The position numbers and the translations under genes are program-made. Source: an uncultured Clostridia bacterium (lineage in GTDB: Bacteria; Bacillota; Clostridia; TANB77; CAG-508). From it: a stretch of DNA of 64,000 nt. Location: the NCBI GenBank assembly GCA_963558185.1, contig CAUWFE010000001.1, forward strand, positions 68,029 to 132,028, in the 5' to 3' direction. How positions within the stretch are numbered: the stretch's first letter is position 1; each line of letters starts with the position of its first letter. A model generated the notes under the pieces. It had not been told where the DNA came from. It made no database searches and was given only the letters and a program-made list of their open reading frames with translations. This document shows, piece by piece, positions 60,143-64,000 of this stretch.

Positions 60143-61273
60143 ATGAAAAGAAAAGAAAAAGTAGTAAAAAATGAACCAGCTATCAACAGTACAGAATTAA
60201 TTTCTGCTATGAATGAATTAGAAAAAGAAAATGGAATACAAAAAGACTATTTACTAGATGCTATACAAACAGCACTAGTAACAGCATATAAAAGAAATTA
60301 TGACTGTGAAGAAGAAAATGTAAAGATTACAATGGATAGAGAAACAGGAGAAATTCATATCTATTTACAAAAAGAAGTAGTAGAAGAAGTAGAAAATGAC
60401 AAAACACAAATAAGCTTAGAAAACGCAAAAAAATTAGATGCAAAATATAAAGTTGGAGATATTATAGAAAAAGAACTAGTACCTAAAAACTTTGGAAGAA
60501 TAGCAGCTGGTACAGCAAAGCAAGTAATAGTACAAAAAATTAGAGAAGCTTCACGTGAATTTTTATACAATGAATTTAATGAAAGAAAAGGAGAAATTGT
60601 ATCTGGAATAATACAAAAAGCAGATGGTGGAGTAGTAGTAGTTGACCTTGGTAAAATAGAAGGAATAATGACTATTAAAGAGCAAATACCAACAGAAAAA
60701 TATCATGTAAATGATAAAATAAGAGCATGCATAGTAGATGTAGAAAAAGGACAAAAAGGTAGCACACAAGTAATGATTTCACGTGCTTGTAATGATTTTG
60801 TAAGAAAATTATTTGAATTAGAAATTCCTGAAATTTATGAAGGAATTATAGAAATAAAAAGTGTATCAAGAGATGCAGGAAATAGATGCAAAGTAGCAGT
60901 ATATTCACAAAATCCAGATATTGATCCAGTAGGTTCTTGTGTAGGACAAAAAGGAATTCGTATTCAAAATATCATTAATGAATTAAATGGAGAAAAAATA
61001 GATGTTATAGAATGGAATGAAGATCCAAGTATATATATATCATCTGCATTACTTCCAGCACAAGTTATGGCTGTAGACATAAAAGAAGAAGAAAAATTTG
61101 CACAAGTAATAGTTCCAGATGACCAATTATCTTTAGCAATTGGAAAAGCCGGACAAAATGCTAGATTAGCAGCTAAATTAACAAATTGGAAAATTGATAT
61201 AAAAAGTGAATCTCAATTTAGAAAAATGATTGAAGAGATGCAAAATGAGCAAGAAGAACAAGTAGAAGAATAA
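60143..61273 (+). CDS. nusA: Transcription termination/antitermination factor NusA
   Basis: S1 domain and two KH domains (GVGSCVGQKGIRIQNI, LAIGKAGQNARLAAKLT). Confidence 0.95.
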   Translation: MKRKEKVVKNEPAINSTELISAMNELEKENGIQKDYLLDAIQTALVTAYKRNYDCEEENVKITMDRETGEIHIYLQKEVVEEVENDKTQISLENAKKLDAKYKVGDIIEKELVPKNFGRIAAGTAKQVIVQKIREASREFLYNEFNERKGEIVSGIIQKADGGVVVVDLGKIEGIMTIKEQIPTEKYHVNDKIRACIVDVEKGQKGSTQVMISRACNDFVRKLFELEIPEIYEGIIEIKSVSRDAGNRCKVAVYSQNPDIDPVGSCVGQKGIRIQNIINELNGEKIDVIEWNEDPSIYISSALLPAQVMAVDIKEEEKFAQVIVPDDQLSLAIGKAGQNARLAAKLTNWKIDIKSESQFRKMIEEMQNEQEEQVEE

Positions 61274-61306
61274 ATACAAGCTTAAAGAATACAATTAAAT
61301 AAGGAT

Positions 61307-61576
61307 GTGAGAATTTTGAAAAATTTACCAAAACGTACTTGTATAGGTTGTAATGAAGTGAAAAATAAAAATGAATTAATAAGAATAGTCAAAAACAAAA
61401 ATGGCGAAATAACAATAGACAAAACAGGAAAAGCAAATGGCAGAGGAGCATATATTTGCGATAACATAGAATGTTTAGAAAAAGCCATAAAAACAAAAAG
61501 ACTAGAAAGAACTTTTGAAACAAGTATAGATAAACAAATTTATGAAAGCTTAAGAGGTGTGATGATTGATAAATAA
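61307..61576 (+). CDS. ylxR: YlxR/RnpM family RNA-binding protein (DUF448)
   Basis: RTCIGC...L.R and GRGAYIC motifs. Confidence 0.85.
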   Translation: MRILKNLPKRTCIGCNEVKNKNELIRIVKNKNGEITIDKTGKANGRGAYICDNIECLEKAIKTKRLERTFETSIDKQIYESLRGVMIDK

Positions 61577-61886
61577 TAAAATTACAGGATTATTAGGTCT
61601 AGCTACTAAAGCAGGAAAACTTACATTTGGAACAGAAAGCGTAAAATCTACAATAATAAAAAAACAAGCAAAACTTGTTATTGTAGCTAATGATGCAGCA
61701 GATAGAACAAAGAAAAATTTTACTTTACTATGTGAAGAAAATAAAATACCAATTCGCATAACACAGAATATAGAAACAATAAGTCAATCAATTGGGCAAG
61801 TAAATAAAGCAGTAATTAGTATAAAGGATAAAAATTTTTCAGAAGGATTAATAAAAATAATTGATGGGGGTGATACTATTGGGTAA
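61566..61886 (+). CDS. ylxQ: L7Ae-family RNA-binding protein YlxQ
   Basis: [12 protein letters not shown] and [10 protein letters not shown] motifs. Operon position supports the call. Confidence 0.8.
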   Translation: MINNKITGLLGLATKAGKLTFGTESVKSTIIKKQAKLVIVANDAADRTKKNFTLLCEENKIPIRITQNIETISQSIGQVNKAVISIKDKNFSEGLIKIIDGGDTIG

Positions 61887-64000
61887 GATAAAAATATATG
61901 AAATAGCAAAAGAGCTAAACTTAGCCAGTAAAGAAGTATTAGAAAAGGCAAAACAAATAGGGTTAGAAGTAAAAAGCCATATGAGTGGAGTTGAAGAAGA
62001 CGAAGCAAACAAAATAAGAAACGCTTTATCATCTACTAAAAAAACAAATAAGGTAGAAGTAAAAGAAGATAAGAAAAAGGAAGATAAAAAAGCTCCAGTA
62101 ATTATTAGAAGAGAAGTTATAATCAATAATAATGAAGAAGAAAAAGAGCAAGAAAGAAAAAAACAAGCTCAAAAAAATAAACAAATGGGATTTGTTGAAA
62201 GAAATAAAAATGCAGATAGAAATATTGTATATAGAAACAAGCCTACAAAACCAATGACAGTTAGTGAACTATTTGGAATTGGTAAAAAAGAAGAGGTAAA
62301 AGAAACAACAAAACCAGAAATGAAAGAAGAGAAAAAAGAAAATATAGAAAAAGTAGAAAATGTAGAAAATACAGAAGAAGTAAAAATAGTTGAGATAAAA
62401 AAAGAAATAAAAGTAGAAGAAAAAAGAGAGGATGCAGTTCAAAGCAATAAAGAAAATATGACAGAAACAAAGAAAGTAGAAAATAATAACTATAAAAATA
62501 GCCAAAACAAAAATCAATATCAAAATAGAAATAACCAAAATAGAAATAATAATTTCAATAGAGAAAATAGTTACAATAGAGATAATCGTAACCAAAATAA
62601 TAAAGATAGAAATGGTTATCAAAGAAATAATTACCAAAATAGAAATAACCAAAATGGTAATAATAATTTTCAAAGAAGAAATAATAACTTCCAAAATCGT
62701 GATGGATATAATAAAAATCAAAATAATGGATTTAATAGAAGACCATTAGACGAAAGAGGAATTGATAGAAACATAAAAGATATTATGGCTTCTGATGTAG
62801 TAGAAAAAGAAAATCAAAGAGATTTTTCAACAAGAGCTTTAGATAAAGAAAAAAGTGAAAGAATTGAAAAATATGAAGAAAATAAAAAGAAAAATGCAAA
62901 AAACAAAAAAGGTTCTAAATTTAATGAAGAGTTTGATGGTGGAAAATTAAAAGATTTAAAACAAGTAGATAGATTATCAAATATGTTTGATGACCAAGAA
63001 GGTGGAATGCTTGATTATTATGATTTAACAACAGCAAGAGGAAAAAGAAACAAGAAAAAGCAAAATAAAAATCAAGAAGAAAGAACACAAAAAATCTTTA
63101 AATTAACAGAAATTACAATTCCAGAGACAATTACAGTAAAAGACTTAGCAACAGAGCTAAAAAAGACAACAGCAGAGGTTATCAAAAAATTACTAGGTTA
63201 TGGAATTATGGCAACAATAAATAATGATATTGATTTTGATACAGCATATTTAATAGCACAAGAATTTGGTGTTAATGCAACAAAAAAAGAAGAAGTAAAA
63301 GAAGAAGATATTTTATTTGATGAGTCTGAGGATAAAGATGATGAATTAGAAAATAGACCACCAGTTGTAGTTGTAATGGGGCATGTTGACCATGGAAAAA
63401 CATCTTTACTAGATGCTATAAGAAGTACACATGTTATAGAAGGCGAAGCAGGAGGAATTACACAACATATAGGTGCATATATGGTAAAAGTAAAAGGAAG
63501 AGAAATTACATTCTTAGATACTCCAGGACACGAAGCTTTTACAAGTATGCGTGCAAGAGGTGCTCAAATTACAGATATTGCAATTTTAGTAGTAGCTGCA
63601 AATGATGGAGTTATGCCACAAACTGTTGAAGCTATTAATCACGCAAAAGCAGCAGAAATTCCAATTATTGTAGCAGTAAATAAAATGGACTTACCAGAAG
63701 CTAATATAGATAAAGTAAAACAAGAATTAATGAAATATGAATTAGTACCTGAAGAATGGGGAGGAGACACAATATATGTACCTATCTCTGCTAAAAAGCG
63801 TACAAACATTGAAGAACTTTTAGAAATGGTAATCTTAGAAGCTGATGTATTAGAATTAAAAGCAAATCCAAAGAAACAAGCTAAAGGTGTAGTAATAGAA
63901 GCAAAATTAGACAAAGCTAAAGGACCAATTGCTTCAATGTTAGTACAAAGAGGAACTTTAGATGTTGGAGATACAATAGTAGTTGGCTCTTCTATTGGTA
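61879..64000 (+). CDS. infB: Translation initiation factor IF-2 (3' end outside window)
   Basis: TTG start behind GGGGG, N-terminus [14 protein letters not shown] domain [28 protein letters not shown]. Frame is open to nt 64000. Confidence 0.93.
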   Translation, partial: MGKIKIYEIAKELNLASKEVLEKAKQIGLEVKSHMSGVEEDEANKIRNALSSTKKTNKVEVKEDKKKEDKKAPVIIRREVIINNNEEEKEQERKKQAQKNKQMGFVERNKNADRNIVYRNKPTKPMTVSELFGIGKKEEVKETTKPEMKEEKKENIEKVENVENTEEVKIVEIKKEIKVEEKREDAVQSNKENMTETKKVENNNYKNSQNKNQYQNRNNQNRNNNFNRENSYNRDNRNQNNKDRNGYQRNNYQNRNNQNGNNNFQRRNNNFQNRDGYNKNQNNGFNRRPLDERGIDRNIKDIMASDVVEKENQRDFSTRALDKEKSERIEKYEENKKKNAKNKKGSKFNEEFDGGKLKDLKQVDRLSNMFDDQEGGMLDYYDLTTARGKRNKKKQNKNQEERTQKIFKLTEITIPETITVKDLATELKKTTAEVIKKLLGYGIMATINNDIDFDTAYLIAQEFGVNATKKEEVKEEDILFDESEDKDDELENRPPVVVVMGHVDHGKTSLLDAIRSTHVIEGEAGGITQHIGAYMVKVKGREITFLDTPGHEAFTSMRARGAQITDIAILVVAANDGVMPQTVEAINHAKAAEIPIIVAVNKMDLPEANIDKVKQELMKYELVPEEWGGDTIYVPISAKKRTNIEELLEMVILEADVLELKANPKKQAKGVVIEAKLDKAKGPIASMLVQRGTLDVGDTIVVGSSIG

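Overview
A 64 kb chromosomal window from a very AT-rich anaerobic Bacillota/Clostridia-like organism (GC roughly 25-30% by eye, standard code 11). The lineage call rests on the [FeFe] hydrogenase, spoIIM, a CIRCE/HrcA regulon and the rimP-nusA-ylxR-ylxQ-infB operon. Most of the window is housekeeping: efp, ftsY, argS, rnhA, coaE, xerD, hrcA-grpE-dnaK-dnaJ, tyrS, asd-dapA-dapB, two tRNAs, a TetR-controlled heterodimeric ABC exporter, a P-type Ca-ATPase and Dps. Five accessory or unusual parts stand out. (1) At 30.6-32.8 kb there is a gene-poor, structure-rich island. It holds an orphan, unusually long MazF/PemK-like toxin with no protein antitoxin, a convergent strongly promoted structured sRNA candidate that shares its terminator, and 141-bp direct repeats bracketing the cassette. 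Beyond the second 141-bp repeat copy, between it and the LCP promoter, sits a leader-like RNA with a perfect SD and a 7-codon ORF. This is my best candidate for an undescribed toxin/RNA module. (2) A 1.3 kb two-gene cassette (73-aa protein plus HipA-like kinase) is inserted behind the ABC exporter, flanked by a 49-bp duplication of the exporter 3' end and a duplicated terminator. (3) A prepilin-like gene fused to an FGE/SUMF1-like domain is broken at an A7 tract and again near its 3' end. (4) A roughly 13 kb Wzx/Wzy-type polysaccharide locus (LCP, priming transferase, glf, EpsG polymerase, GT2s, DUF4422) carries two paralogous pyruvyl-transferase/FrhB-like Fe-S modules, one fused and one split. 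(5) spoIIM is frameshifted. Three frameshifts in two genes mean that sequencing indels and real gene decay must be distinguished before any of them is interpreted. No CRISPR array, transposase, reverse transcriptase or phage structural genes were seen. All homology calls come from motif recognition by eye, not from searches.
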